DNA of 64,000 nucleotides from Zootoca vivipara (lineage: Eukaryota): the NCBI RefSeq assembly GCF_963506605.1, contig NC_083277.1, positions 16,678,001 through 16,742,000 on the forward strand, written 5' to 3'. Position numbers and translations under genes: made by a program. This document shows, in pieces, positions 12,888-25,368 of the stretch. The notes under the pieces are model-generated. The model did not search any database. It saw only the letters and a list, made by a program, of their open reading frames with translations, and was not told the DNA's origin. Position 1 is the stretch's first letter; each line of letters opens with the position of its first letter.

Positions 12888-13611
12888 AACTCCCATGAGC
12901 CTCAGCCAGTATGGCCAATGGTCAGAGTTTATGGGACCTGTAATTCAGCAACACCTGCAGGGCCATAGGTATTCTACCCCTGGACTAAACAGCTTGGAAC
13001 TGGATTCCTGACAGTCTGCTTCCATACGTACCTGCCCAATTCTTAAAGCTTTCTTCAGTGGCTCCATTCAATGTCCCTACTTTCGAAGGTGGGTGGCAAG
13101 CCAACAAGAGACTGTATTTTTAGTCGGGGTGCCTCATGTCTGGAACTCTCTCCCTTGTTTATAGTTGCCAATTCCCTTGGAGATTTTACATGAACATCTG
13201 GAAAAGTGGATTTCTTCTCCCCTTTAGCTATCGACGGGATATTTTCCTAACTTTTGTTACTCAACCAACCTGCTGACTCTTTTATCTGCATAAGGCCCCA
13301 TCTGCAATATACATTGGAAGCAGGATCGTACCACTTTATACAGTCATGGCTTCCCCCAGGGAACCCTGGGAAATGTTGTCTATTAAGGGTTGTGAGAGGA
13401 GACCCCATATTCCCTCACGGGGCTACACTTCTCAAAGTCATTTAACAATCCTGCTCCCTTCCTGGGGAACTCTGGGAAGTGTAGCGCTGAGAGGGGAATA
13501 GGGGTCTCTTAGTAACTCTAAATGTCCTTAGCAAACTACATTGCCCAGGATTCTTTGGGGAGAAGCCATGGCTGTTTGAAGTGGTACCAGATACTGCATT
13601 ACATGTCTTGT

Positions 13612-13969
13612 GTAAAGGTAAAGGTAAAGGGACCCCTGACCATTAGGTCCAGTCATGGAAGACTCTGGCCTGCGAGCCTCATCTTGCTTTATTGGCCGAG
13701 GGAGCTGGCGTACAGCTTCCGGGTCATGTGGCCAGCATGACTAAGCCGCTTCTGGCGCACCAGAGCAGTGCACGGAAACGCCGTTTACCTTCCCACTGTA
13801 GTGGTACCTATTTATCTACTTGCACTTTGATGTGCTTTCAAACTGCTAGGTTGGCAGGAGCTGGGACCAAGCAACGGGAGCTCACCCTGTTGCAGGGATT
13901 CGAACCGCCGACCTTCTGATCGGCAAGCCCTAGGCTCTGTGGTTTAACCCACAGCACCACCCGTGTCCC
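13612..13969 (-). mobile_element. Sauria/Squam1 SINE
   Basis: tRNA-like head (GGTTCGAATCC B box on minus), (ACCTTT)n tail, approximately 15-bp imperfect TSD. Confidence 0.9.
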
Positions 13970-14394
13970 TACATTCCTTGTGTAGATGGGGCCTAATCAA
14001 GGGTGGGGAATAGGTGGCCCTCCAGATGTTGCTAGACTTGAGTCATTCCTGACTACTGACTATGCTGGCTGGGGGTAACGGGTCACAGGTTGTCCATCCT
14101 TGGTTTAAATCTTGGGGTGTTTTATATCAACGATTTCATATTTTTATAATGTTTGACATAGTGGAAATCCTGGTGACTGAGAGGGTAACAATATTTTCAA
14201 TCAAGAAAATGACGATTTCTCCATATGGGGAAAAAAGAAAACTGGAGGAAAGATGTTCTTTGCGCTACACTCCCATTTCAGTTCGCAATATATTATGATT
14301 ATTTCACATATATAACCTGCCCGTCCTCTGCAAGGTGTGCACAGGTTCTAGTGATACAGTAACCCATCTTCCATAAGGACTGGAGGGTGTAGGA

Positions 14395-14646
14395 CAGGGG
14401 TCAGCAAACTTTTTCAGCAGGGGGCCGGTCCACTGTCCCTCAGACCTTGTGGGGGGGCCGGACTATATTTTGAAAAAAAATACTGAACGAATTCCTATGC
14501 CCCACAAATAACCCAGAGATGCATTTTAAATAAAAGGACACATTCTACTCATGTAAAAACAGGCTGATTCCTGGACCGTCCGTGGGCCGGATTTAGAAGG
14601 CGATTGGGCTGCATCCGGCCCCCGGGCCTTAGTTTGGGGACCCCTG
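14395..14646. mobile_element. hAT MITE
   Basis: TIRs CAGGGGTC...GACCCCTG, 8-bp TSD GTGTAGGA. Confidence 0.9.
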
Positions 14647-15107
14647 GTGTAGGAGCTGTTATGTTGACTTACCCGGTAGTTGTATTCAACTAAATCTTCC
14701 TCAGGGTAGGCCCGTTGAAGTTTAAAGAACCTTAGTTAGTAATTTCCATTCATTTCAGCAGGTCTTCTTTGTGTGAAACTAACTGCCAATGTAAAAATAG
14801 TATCGAGTCCCTTGAATCAAATGGGACAGTGTGGTGGCATAAACTGAAGTAAATATAAACCACAATCCAACCAAAATTAACCACTTTTAATCCCCATTAT
14901 TTCCAGGGACAGATGCTTAAATTGCTCCCCAATGAAATCTTATCAAATGGATCTTTAAAACGCTTAATTTTGTCTGGACAAAATTGTATTCCACCCAAAA
15001 AATTTTGCTGGTTCCATTTGACTACTTTCTCCCAACTCCCAACAAGATCCTTTCTTTCTCTCCATCCTTACTGATACTTACCTGTGAAAAAAAGCCTTTC
15101 TCTTAAT

Positions 15108-15160
15108 TCACAGCTCCTCCCTTTCATATTGCTGTGTGGATAAGACATCTTCTTGGATTT
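15108..15160 (-). CDS. Cholinesterase-like gene A, terminal coding exon (EIQEDVLSTQQYEREEL*)
   Basis: Polypyrimidine tract plus AG at 15162/15161, phase 1 matching the preceding exon, TGA at 15110-15108, followed by a canonical donor CAG|GTAAGT at 15082/15081. Confidence 0.65.
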
Positions 15161-15599
15161 CTTTTTAATGGCAAATGAAGGAGGAAAGGAAATTATTATT
15201 ATTAGCAGTAGTATTTTGATTTCTAAATTATTATGATTAATAATACCCGCCCTTCCCTGTAAGATCCCAGGGTGGGTTACAACAATGAATTTTTTTAATC
15301 AAAAATTGCTTTCAACAAATTAAAGTCGCGAATATATGGTAAAATAAGAACGTAAGAATGTGCTAAAAATAAGAACATATATCTCCCAGGTGTCTAAGAG
15401 CAGCATAAAAAGTTGTGTTTTCAGCAGATGACAAAAACTAGGTAATGAAGGTGCCAGATGCAAACACACTTCTGTGGGGAGGGAATTCTACAACTTAGGG
15501 CTGCCTCAGAGAAGTTCCCTTCTCCTGGGCCACCACCACCACACTGAGCTTCTGATCTATTTTTTATTTTATTTAAAAAAATATTTACATTTCCCTCAC

Positions 15600-15925
15600 C
15601 CATATGAGCCCGGACAGTGAGGTCTAGCTCCGAGGGCCTTCTGGCGGTTCCCTCACTGCGAGAAGTGAGGTTACAGGGAACTAGGCAGAGGGCCTTCTCG
15701 GTAGTGGCACCCGTCCTGTGGAAAATCCTCCCATCAGATGTCAAGGAAATAAACAACTACCTGACTTTTAGAAGACATCTGAAGGCAGCCCTGTTTAGGG
15801 AAGTTTTTAATGTCTGATGTTTTATCCTATTTTTAATCTTTTGTTGGAAGCCGCCCAGAGTGGCTGGGGAAACCCAGACAGAAGGGTGGGGTATCAATGA
15901 TGATGATGACGATGATGATGATGAA
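15600..15925 (+). mobile_element. L2 LINE 3' fragment
   Basis: Homologous to 12365-12887; (GAT)n tail. Confidence 0.8.
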
Positions 15926-16289
15926 ATACAATAAAATGCACATAAAACAATGCAAAATAAATATAAAAATGACTGAAAGCAACTGAATAAGCCTGTCAGC
16001 ATAAATAAAGACCTTCAAGAGATATCTGAGGTGAGAATGAGCTACCCAAGCGAATATGTGTGCGAGTGAGAAATTTGTTCATATAAAACCCAAATCACTG
16101 TGTTTTAACTGGAAAAAAGCCATGCTTGAATGGTGGTGGGGGACATTTCTTAGAATCGTAGAGTTGGAAGGGACCCAAGGGTCATCTAGTCCAACCCCCT
16201 GCAATGCAGAAATCTCAGCTGAAGCATCCATGACAGGTGACCATTGCAAGGAAAGCTTTTGGCCCTGTCTGTTCCCCCTTTCCACTCAC

Positions 16290-16453
16290 CTGGCTTTGAT
16301 GCCCCTGATGGGAGTGTCTTCCAAAAACTGCACTGCTGAGCCGGCGATGGCTCCATCACACGGGGTGGCTCCGTGTTGAGGACAAAGAAGTTCTGCTGTG
16401 CCGGGTCATAGATGGGCCATTTTGTTCCATTGACATTGGAAGGAGTCGGGTTG
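16290..16453 (-). CDS. Cholinesterase-like gene A, coding exon 2 (164 nt)
   Basis: ttcctactcAG acceptor; translates (G)NPTPSNVNGTKWPIYDPAQQNFFVLNTEPPRVMEPSPAQQCSFWKTLPSGASKP; donor CAG|GTGAGT. Homologous to the BCHE/ACHE NP..WP.Y..C.FW exon. Confidence 0.92.
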
Positions 16454-16752
16454 CTGAGTAGGAAGCAAAGAAATCATTGTACTGTATACATAGCACTGGT
16501 TCTGTGTGAGGCACACAATACACTACTTTGCTTTCTTAAAACAGTGTTATGACAGGTGTGGAGTGCTGCCACCACCACCACCACCACCAACAACAAATTT
16601 ATTACCTGTAAACATCCCCCCCATCTGACAGGGTTTCCGAAACAACAATGTTGAGTATCAGTGAAATACTTTAGTCGTGTTCATAATTAAGCTAGTTTAA
16701 TGTCATTGATTTTTGGGGAGGGATAACAGGTCTCCCATTTTCATCATCGTCA

Positions 16753-17348
16753 CATGGGCATACCCAGGATCAAAGCTAGGGGGGCACACCAGCCACGCCC
16801 CCAGCCACCCGATTGGCTAGCTGGCAATGACATGGCCAGGATCCCCCCAGGAGGCATGGTCAACGTCCACACACCCCAGAGGAAAGGGGGCCGTTTGCAA
16901 GGCAGCACACAGAGCCACCCGTGCTTGCACTCCTGCCTTGCCCGCTCCTTTAATGGCAGCGGTGACTAAAACGAGGCAAGAAGCTGCCTCCGTTGAAGGA
17001 AACCTGGAACTGGACCTGGGCTAACTTCAGCCCACACTCTTTCAAGTCACAGCGAGCACAGCACAGAAAGTGCTGCCCCACAATGCTCCACGACACTTCA
17101 TTATGCAAATGAAGAGCCACGGAACATTGTGGGGCAGCACTTTCTGTGCTGTGCTCGCTGTGACTTGAAGGAGTGTGGGCTGAAGTTAGCCCAGGTCCAG
17201 GTCTAGGTTTTTTCAACGGAGGCAGCTTTGCTGCTGCTGCTGCCGTTTCGCTTCAGCCAAGCAGGCTGAGGCGGAGCACAGCAGGCACTGTCCCTGCCTG
17301 TCCTCTCCAGCTGCCCTGCTTCCAGCTGCCCTGCTAGGTACACCCATG
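16753..17348. mobile_element. Non-autonomous hAT element with a long internal fold-back
   Basis: TIRs CATGGGCATACC/GGTACACCCATG, 8-bp TSD CATCGTCA, internal inverted repeat 16981-17228. Confidence 0.8.
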
Positions 17349-18767
17349 CATCGTCAGCTATATATTCTAAACTTGGGTTAGAGCCCATTGAGCCAAAGAC
17401 TAACAAGGCTGTCATTTCACAAATGCATATAGAGGAGGAACAAAGATGATTTCCAGTTAAAAGAGCAACCGTTTCCTTTTTACAGACCGCAGAGACCAAT
17501 GGATCTGTGATTCCATAATAAGAGACAGATTTGTGCACTTTCTGAGAAATCTGGTATATACAAAGAGTACACTGTGAAACTCAAGATGGGAAGGCATTCC
17601 TAATATTTCAGAAAGTCCAAAATATTGGCTCTTTTTGATAACTAGATGGGAGTACTATTTCTGATTATGTTAATCCAATTTCCTTTTTAAAATTTATTTT
17701 AGACCAACCAGGCAGTAATCAAATGTGTTAAATTACTATAATGTAACATATACTATTTTTCTTTCTTTCAATGTACATTTTCTTTATTGCAGTTTTATTT
17801 CATGGACTAGCATGCATTGTTTGTATTTGTATTTATTTGCAGTTATAAACAGTGGTTCATACAGCTGTTTTTTGTTTTTTTACCACCCCTGCCCCTGCAA
17901 AGCACCAAATGTCTTTTTAATTACATTTCACATTTTAGTCCCCACCAATGGCCATGTGGTTTTGGAGGCCTGTTCTGTCAATGTTAAGTATGTAATAAAA
18001 CTATGCCTGGTTGATTGAGAAGTAGTGATTTTCTTGTCTGTTTGATTCTCTCGTACACGAGTTGTCAGCTTGTCCATTAAAATATCCATTTCTTTTTTGT
18101 GATATCCAGAAATTGCATTATAGCTAACTCGTGTATGTGCATGTGTGTACTTTGTACAAAATCTCAAAATGCTCTGCTTTCACACTAATCGGTTGTGCGC
18201 TATCCCCAACAAAAATTGCCTGTTAATTGTGCAACTCTGCACTTGCATAAACAACTCTTCTTGCAATCAGTGTTATCAGTGCATAGCAGCTTCCGGAGGT
18301 TTTGCGTGCTCATCATGATTTTCAATTAGCGACCACCTGCCTCAGCCCACAAGAGAAGGAAGTGTGGAATTATAGAATAAGTACTACAATAGCTACCTCA
18401 GTATAAAGAAATGCAAGCTAGATCCAGAGAGGCGGAGATAATGACATTATTCATAATTAGAATGCACACAAATTATGAAATCAGCTAAAATTTTGAACGC
18501 TGAGAATATTAGAAATGCTTCCTAATCTTAGTTCGTTTGCGTGTTTTTTCACTATTTTTATTCACTTTTACACATCAAAAAAGAAAAAGAAAAAACCCAT
18601 CACCAAAAAGAGAAAAGAAAAGAAAAAGAGGAAAGAAAACTCAATATATCAACTAATATTCTCCTAATATTGAAATAATAATCGTCTTTTCTGTCAACCA
18701 GACTTCCCGTCTACTCCCCACCTCAAATTCTCATTGTTTATACACTGCCATAGCATGACAAGTTCTA

Positions 18768-18955
18768 CAGTGGTACCTTGGGTTACAGACACTTGGGTTA
18801 AGAACTTTGCTTCAGGATAAGAATGGAAATTGTGCGCCAGCGGTACAGCGGTAGCAGGAGGCTCCATTAGCGAAAGCACGCCTCAGGTTAAGAACTGTTT
18901 CAGGTTAAGAACAGACCTCTGGAACGAATTAAGTTATTAACCCGAGGTATCGCTG
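18768..18955. mobile_element. Tc1/mariner (Tigger-like) MITE
   Basis: TA|CAGTGGTACCT...AGGTATCGCTG|TA. Confidence 0.8.
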
Positions 18956-18957
18956 TA

Positions 18958-19350
18958 TTAGAAGGCTGATTGCCGAAGAATTGATGCTTTTGAATTATGG
19001 TGCTGGAGAGTCTTGAGAGTCCCATGGACTGCAAGAAGATCAAACCTATCCATTCTGAAGGAAATCAGCCCTGAGTGCTCACTAGAAGGACAGATCCTGA
19101 AGCTGAGGCTCCAATACTTTGGCCACCTCATGAGAAAAGAAGACTCCCTGGAAAAGACCCTGATGTTGGGAAAGATGGAGGGCACAAGGAGAAGGGGACG
19201 ACAGAGGATGAGATGGTTGGACAGTGTTCTCGAAGCTACCAACATGAGTTTGACCAAACTGCGGGAGGCAGTGGAAGACAGGAGTGCCTGGCGTGCTCTG
19301 GTCCATGGGGTCACGAAGAGTCGGACACGACTAAACGACTAAACAACAAC
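18958..19350 (+). mobile_element. BovB (RTE) LINE 3' fragment
   Basis: RIDAFELWCWR..RVPWTARRSNLSILKEI...LVHGVTKSRTRLND with (CAA)n tail. Confidence 0.92.
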
Positions 19351-20081
19351 ATCACTGCTGTATTAAAGTTTGATAATCTTTGATTTGTCTTATCTTTTTC
19401 ATCATACTTAAAACTACTGCTGAAATTATTCGAATGCTGCAACTGACCTTAAACTATAATTGTTATTTTTCAAATAAGTTTCAAAGACTTCCTGTCTTGA
19501 AATAAATACCTATTTTGGTTTTTTCCCCTTTCCCCTCTGACAAGCTATCTAGTTCTGCATATTCGGCCAATTTTTGAATCCATTCTGATCTCCACGGAAC
19601 ACATCCTAATCTTAGTTTGAGGTTGGCTTTTATACAGGCCACCCTCAACTTACCATAGCCAAAACGCATTGGGTTCAGTAGCGGGCGGGATTGACAAAGT
19701 ATTCCCCCCCCCCGGGACACCCACCTACTTTCCACCCCCTTTTATTTTTATTTGCCAAATGTGTAAAGCTGAATGCCAGATAATTAGTGTCCCTATTTTC
19801 CAGGGACACTGCTGGATTTACAGAAGCCGTCCCAGTTTCTGATGTGACCCTGGAATGTCCTGCTTTTCCTTATGACATCCCTATTTTCATGGGAGAAATT
19901 TTGGAGGGTGTGGAGTTATGTGACCCGCCCCCCCCCCAAGCCAAGGAGATGAGTAACTATACAACATTTAGAAGACATCTGAAGGCAGCTCTGCATAGGG
20001 AAGATTTTAAATGCTTAATGTTTTATTGTGTTTTTTAATATATGTTGGAAGCCTGCCAGAGTGTCTGGGGCAACCCAGTCA

Positions 20082-20211
20082 NNNNNNNNNNNNNNNNNNN
20101 NNNNNNNNNNNNNNNNNNNNNNNNNNNNNNNNNNNNNNNNNNNNNNNNNNNNNNNNNNNNNNNNNNNNNNNNNNNNNNNNNNNNNNNNNNNNNNNNNNNN
20201 NNNNNNNNNNN
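20082..20211. other. Assembly gap
   Basis: Run of N. Confidence 1.
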
Positions 20212-20414
20212 CTATTTTCACCAGAGAAATGTTGGGTATGGAATGCTCACAAGTTAAATGCGCATAAATTGTGGGTTACCTGTAAGTTTCATGTTTTCAA
20301 TCTCAAAGCAATAGACAAGTCTTTTGGCTAAGTCGCCATACTCCTAGAGAAGCGACTGTCTTTGTGCTGTTGAGGCAAGGGTGACCGAAAGGAGAAACCA
20401 AAAAGTTCTCTTAC

Positions 20415-21910
20415 CCGCTTCGGGCAAACTCTGCCCAGTACCGCATGACACGGGGGATGAGCTCCAACTCTGCCTTGGTGTGGTTTTCCTTGGTTCCTTT
20501 CAAGAGCGTCAAAGTTCCGAAAACATACGGGACCTCCGCTCCGTGGATGGCCCCCAGCCATTCAGGCCAAACAGAGCCAGTGCTGCGGTGGCGGAAAGTA
20601 TAGACATACACAGGGCTTCCAGCCTCTGTCACCGCTTTGGCGACATCCACGAGTGGGCACACGAAAAAGTAATCGCCGCAGGCTTTTGCCATGGCTGAAC
20701 GGTACCTTGCTGGGCCTTCGGGTTCTGCCTGACTGTACCTCTCAGCTGCAGCTTTGATGAAGTCACTGGTTGCGTCGCGGACGGTGATCTGCAGCCCCTT
20801 CAACAGTTGCTCCCGGGTCAAGAGGCAGTCTTTGGTCGTGTTCAAAAAAGGGCTTGCATATACGACGAAGGCAGACCCTTCATCGGAGGTGGTACCGATC
20901 ACGATAGGCTTAGCCGTGAAGTTCTTGGATTCTAGAAGCTTCCGCGGATCATCGGGGAGGAAATCCCCATCTGTTGTCGGTGCAAATGGTAGATTCAGAA
21001 CCACCGTGGGGTCCACAACAAGGAACTGGGCGGTTTGGAACTCTGATGCGTTCTTTCCCTGCAAGCAACTCACCAAAGCAGGGACCTCTTCTTGAGCACA
21101 GCCCATCTTCTTGGCCAGCTTCTTACTTCTTCTTCTGGCCTCCTCAGGATTCAGCCAAGCCCAGACTGCAACGGAAGCTCCACTCTCTAGCACAGCACGA
21201 TGGAAAAGAGGCTGGCTCCCTGGCGAGAGGAGGTGAAACGCAACAGAGGCTGCTCCAGCACTCACGCCAAAAATGGTTATCCGAGTAGGGTCTCCACCAA
21301 AGGCAGCTGCATTATGCTTCACCCAAGACATGGCTAGCTGCTGGTCCATCAGGCCCATGTTCCCTGGGACAGCTGGTGGCAACGAAAGGAAGCCTAGAGG
21401 CCCTAGGCGGTAATTCATGGAGACCACAATGACATTCTCGGCAGCAGCTAGGAATGCTGCGTCGTACAGCACCAGGGAGCTTGTGCCAGCAAAATAGGCC
21501 CCACCATAGATCCAGACAAGGACAGCGGCTGGCTTGGAGGGCCGAGGATGGGGCACCCAGACGTTGAGGTAGAGGCAGTCCTCTGAGAGGGGCGTGTTGG
21601 CAGTCCATGTTTCGGCATCCGGAGGTCCGGAAATAACTACCTGGGGGCAGGAATTGCTGAAGTTGGTGGCCTCCAAGACTTGGCTCCATGGCTGACGAGG
21701 AACGGGCTTCTGGAAGCGCAGTTTGCCTACAGGGGGCTCAGCGTAGGGGATGCCTAAAAAGGCCGTGACATTGCCAGAGCCAGACGGGAGACGCTTTCCC
21801 TGGACAGAGCCACTGCTGGTCACCACCACTAAGTCATCTTCAGCGGCAGAGCTGGATCCCACCAGCAAAAGGATGAGGCACAAGATCCAAGGAAGGAGAT
21901 GGGGGGCCAT
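20415..21910 (-). CDS. Cholinesterase-like carboxylesterase gene A, large coding exon 1
   Basis: Signal peptide, FLGIPYAEPP, SEDCLYLNVW, GGAY oxyanion loop, GVSAG nucleophile, DEG acid, GAIHGAE His. Acceptor 8 nt before ATG (exon start 21918); phase-2 donor GG|GTAAGA. Confidence 0.95.
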
Positions 21911-22573
21911 TGCAGCAGCTGAAAGGGAAACGTCCCAGAAATTGTAGAATACACAAAATACGATATTTCAGAAGGATCAGTCGGTTGGCCCATCTAGATC
22001 AGGATGCCAATGGGAAGCTCAAAAACTGGATCTGAGCACAACAACACTCTTCCTACTTGTGATTCCCAGCAACTGGTTTTCAGAGGAATAACACCTCTGA
22101 ATAGCCGAGGTAGAATTTCTTATTTTAAAGCCTACTTTTGGTTTTGAAGGACAGCTAGCTCGAAAGTGAAGAGCAGGGGAGTTGGAACCTATTCTTCCTC
22201 TTGAGGGCCGCATTCCCACAGTGGTAATCTTCCAGGGGCCACCGGCAGTGATCAGGGCTGGAGCCAAAAGTTAGCAGGGTGTCTCTCAATCTCACTTTCT
22301 GCAATCCCCTTTTATTTCTCCCCAACCCTGCTTCCTCTCCTTGCCACCCTGCTTTGCATGCAGGAGGTACAAGGTTCAATCCCCAGCATCTTCAGGTAGA
22401 CCTGGGAAGGACTCCTGTTAGAGACGCTGGGCAGCTGTTGCCGTCAATGTAGCTTAGTGCAATGTAGCTTAGGCAAGACTAAGCTAAATGGACCAACCGA
22501 GCCACATCCACTTGGTGAAATTTCTCCCATCACCTGAGGCATGTGTGCATCTCCTAAGACAGCACAGACTCAC

Positions 22574-22680
22574 CTCTCTTTTTTCCCTGGTGGTTTTTCT
22601 GTAATTGTTCTCAGCGTGTTCGTAGTCTCCCTTGCTCCCTTGGAAAGGGTTTCGAGAGACTGGTTGCAATGATTTCAAGA
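22574..22680 (-). other. Candidate non-coding 5' exon of gene A (5' limit uncertain)
   Basis: Donor GAG|GTGAGTCTGT, matched upstream of the other three paralogs. Confidence 0.45.
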
Positions 22681-23047
22681 ACAGTGATTCATCAAGTTAC
22701 ATATACAGAGTGGGAGGAGACTACATAACAAACGAAATGTTGTTCCAGGTGAAATGGGGTAGTTGAGAAAGATTTCTCATTTGTGTGCAAGAGTTCTCTG
22801 CCATGAGGCATGAGATCCTTTTGCACAAGTGCAAAGATGCAAGAGTGTATTGGGAAGTTTTTAATGCTTGATGTTTTAGTGTGTGTGTGTGTGTGTCCTG
22901 ACTGGCGATATTCCTGTCTGGCGATATTCGCCCCTCCTTTCCTGAAGTTTGTACTTTACTTCTTTTTATTAGCTGTTTTACAATTCATATGTATTTATTA
23001 TCTAAACTTCACTATCATTAATCTTCCAGTAACTATTATATTTCATT

Positions 23048-23140
23048 AAAAAAAAAATATCCTTCCAGTAGCACCTTAGAGACCAACTAAGTTTGTCATT
23101 GGTATGAGCTTTCATGTGCATGCACACTTCTTCAGATACC
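23048..23140 (-). mobile_element. Penelope-like terminal fragment with a hammerhead core (23101-23140)
   Basis: Minus strand reads GGTAT CTGAAGA AGTGTGCATGCACAT GAAA GCTC ATACC. Confidence 0.75.
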
Positions 23141-23639
23141 TGAAGAATCAAATCCTGCCCGCAACTACATGCAAGGGTAATACTTTGATAGATAATCCAC
23201 CAGCGGTTTCCATTCTTCCTTAAACATTTCGTCATTATGCCTTCTTAGTTTGGCAATTAATTCAGCCATTTCAACATAGCCCATCAGTTTCATAAGCCAT
23301 TCCTCTGGTGTTTTATGATGTTTTTATATGTGTTGGAACTGACCAGAGTGGCAGAGGGAACTCTCCTAGAGGGGGGATGATGATGATTGCTGAGCACCAT
23401 GCCAGATTTGACGGGAGTGCATGAGCTGCTTTTATTCCATACTGTTTTCAGTTAAGAACTGCCTCTTTCACAGCATTTGAACTGCTGCCATTGTTAGGTC
23501 CACCCTGCAACGAAGGACAGGGAGAAGCCCAAGAGAGCCTCTTAGACCTCTTTTGTTGCCCACACTGCAATGCAGGAGCCCCGCAGGGCTGCCACTGTGT
23601 CTTACTCTCTGGTAGATGCTGCCAGTACCTACCCACTTA

Positions 23640-24970
23640 CTCCTGCGTATCCAGATGGGTAGGATCCATGATGCACTAAATTGGCATCTGTCAGTCTCAG
23701 GAGATGATGGAGGCGTGAGCCTTTGGGGTGAAGCCAAAACTGTTTGAAGGTTGCAGCACCTACTGTGGCTGTAGAGACCAATATGGGAGATAAACGTTTG
23801 TTGCAGCTGGAGAAGACGAAGGCATCCAGTTATGTTCCTGCAGATGCACCATGGCCTTTCTTCTCTCTGCCCTCCTCCCAGAGGTCATTTCTCCTCTGTC
23901 CATTGCTATGAATACATGGCCTGCCTGCCTGCCTCCAAGCACTGCAGTCATCTGCAAGGGATTCCCACATGGCAGGGTTGATGTTGCCATTTGGAGACAT
24001 CTTTGTCGGTCTGCCAATGGGCCTGGTACTTGAAGCCCCATAGAGCATATCCTTGGGCAGTGATGGGCAACCTTTTGAGCTTGGTGCGTCAAAATACAGC
24101 AAAAAAACGAGCATAACTTGGGTGGTGTGTCACTTCGAGAAAAAAAACCCTAATTTCGCGATATTTATAGTTTGAATAACAAAAATGTATAATTGTAATA
24201 TATAACTGTATTTAATAAACCAAAAACTAATTATTTAACCAAACCAAAAAACCCTTATTTATCACAAAGTGCCCAGAGTTGTTGAGCTTTTTTTGGGGGG
24301 GAGCTGCTGATCAAAGGTTTGGAGGTTTTTTGGGGGGGGCTTGCAAAAGTTGCTGTGCTTTTGGGGGGGGATGCCCCAAAGCTGCTGCACTTTTTTGGGG
24401 GGGAAAGAGAACAGAAATAAATGATAAATAATACCTTCCCTGGAACTAACACGCAGCACCGACATAGTCTGCTAAAGCGCCAAAAAACCCAGCACAGAAC
24501 AGGTTAAAAACCGAACGCTGTTATACCCAATCATAGTCTGCCAAAGCGCCAGAAAAACAGCACAGAAAGGGTTAAAAAACCAATCTGGCTACCAGCAACA
24601 ACAAGAAAAAGGGATCCAGGTTTTAACAGCGGAGACAAGCTGTAGTGGAGACAAGCTGTAGCAGGAGTGGGAGAACAAATGGGGGGGAAGAAACAACAGC
24701 GTGAATGGGCCGATGGGGCTCGTGCCAGCAGTGTGGGCTCTGTGTGTCACGTCTGACATGCGTGTCATAGGTTCGCCATCACTGTCCTTGGGGACCCTGC
24801 TGTCTTCCATTGTGTGGTCATGACCAAGCCAGCGTAGATGTCACTGACATAGGAGTGTAAACATGCTGGGAATGTGGGCTTGGGAGAGCGCATTTGTTTT
24901 AAACTCTTTCCTGTCCGGCGATATTCAAAATCTTCCTGACGCAGCGCATGTGGAAGGCATTGAGGTGTTG
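23640..24970 (-). mobile_element. Decayed RTE-type LINE interrupted by a hAT element
   Basis: RT C-terminal remnants (RVPKD/MLYG, WESLADDCSAWRQ) are continuous across the 24058-24784 insertion. Confidence 0.6.
24058..24784. mobile_element. Non-autonomous hAT transposon
   Basis: TIRs CAGTGATGGGCAACC/GGTTCGCCATCACTG, 8-bp TSD TCCTTGGG. Confidence 0.9.
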
Positions 24971-25008
24971 CTAATACCACCTGCTCCAAATTACCATACT
25001 TTTCTGTG

Positions 25009-25368
25009 TATAAAGGTAAAGGTAAACGGACCCCTGACCATTAGGTCCAGTCGTGACCGACTCTGGGGTTGCGGCGCTCATCTCGCGTTATTGGCCGAGG
25101 GAGCCGGCATGCAGCTTCCAGGTCATGTGGCCAGCATGACAAAGCCGCTTCTGGCAAACCAGAGCAGCACACGGAAATGCCGTTTACCTTCCCGCCGGAG
25201 CGGTACCTATTTATATACTTGCACTTTGACATGGTTTCGAACTGCTAGGTTGGCAGGAGCTGGGACTGAGCAACGGGAGCTCACCCCATTGCAGGGATTC
25301 GAACCGCCGACCTTCTGATTGGCAAGCCCTAGGCTCAGTGGTTTAACCCACAGCACCACCTGCGTCCC
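25009..25368 (-). mobile_element. Sauria/Squam1 SINE
   Basis: Homologous to 13612-13969; TSD TTTCTGTGTATAA. Confidence 0.9.
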
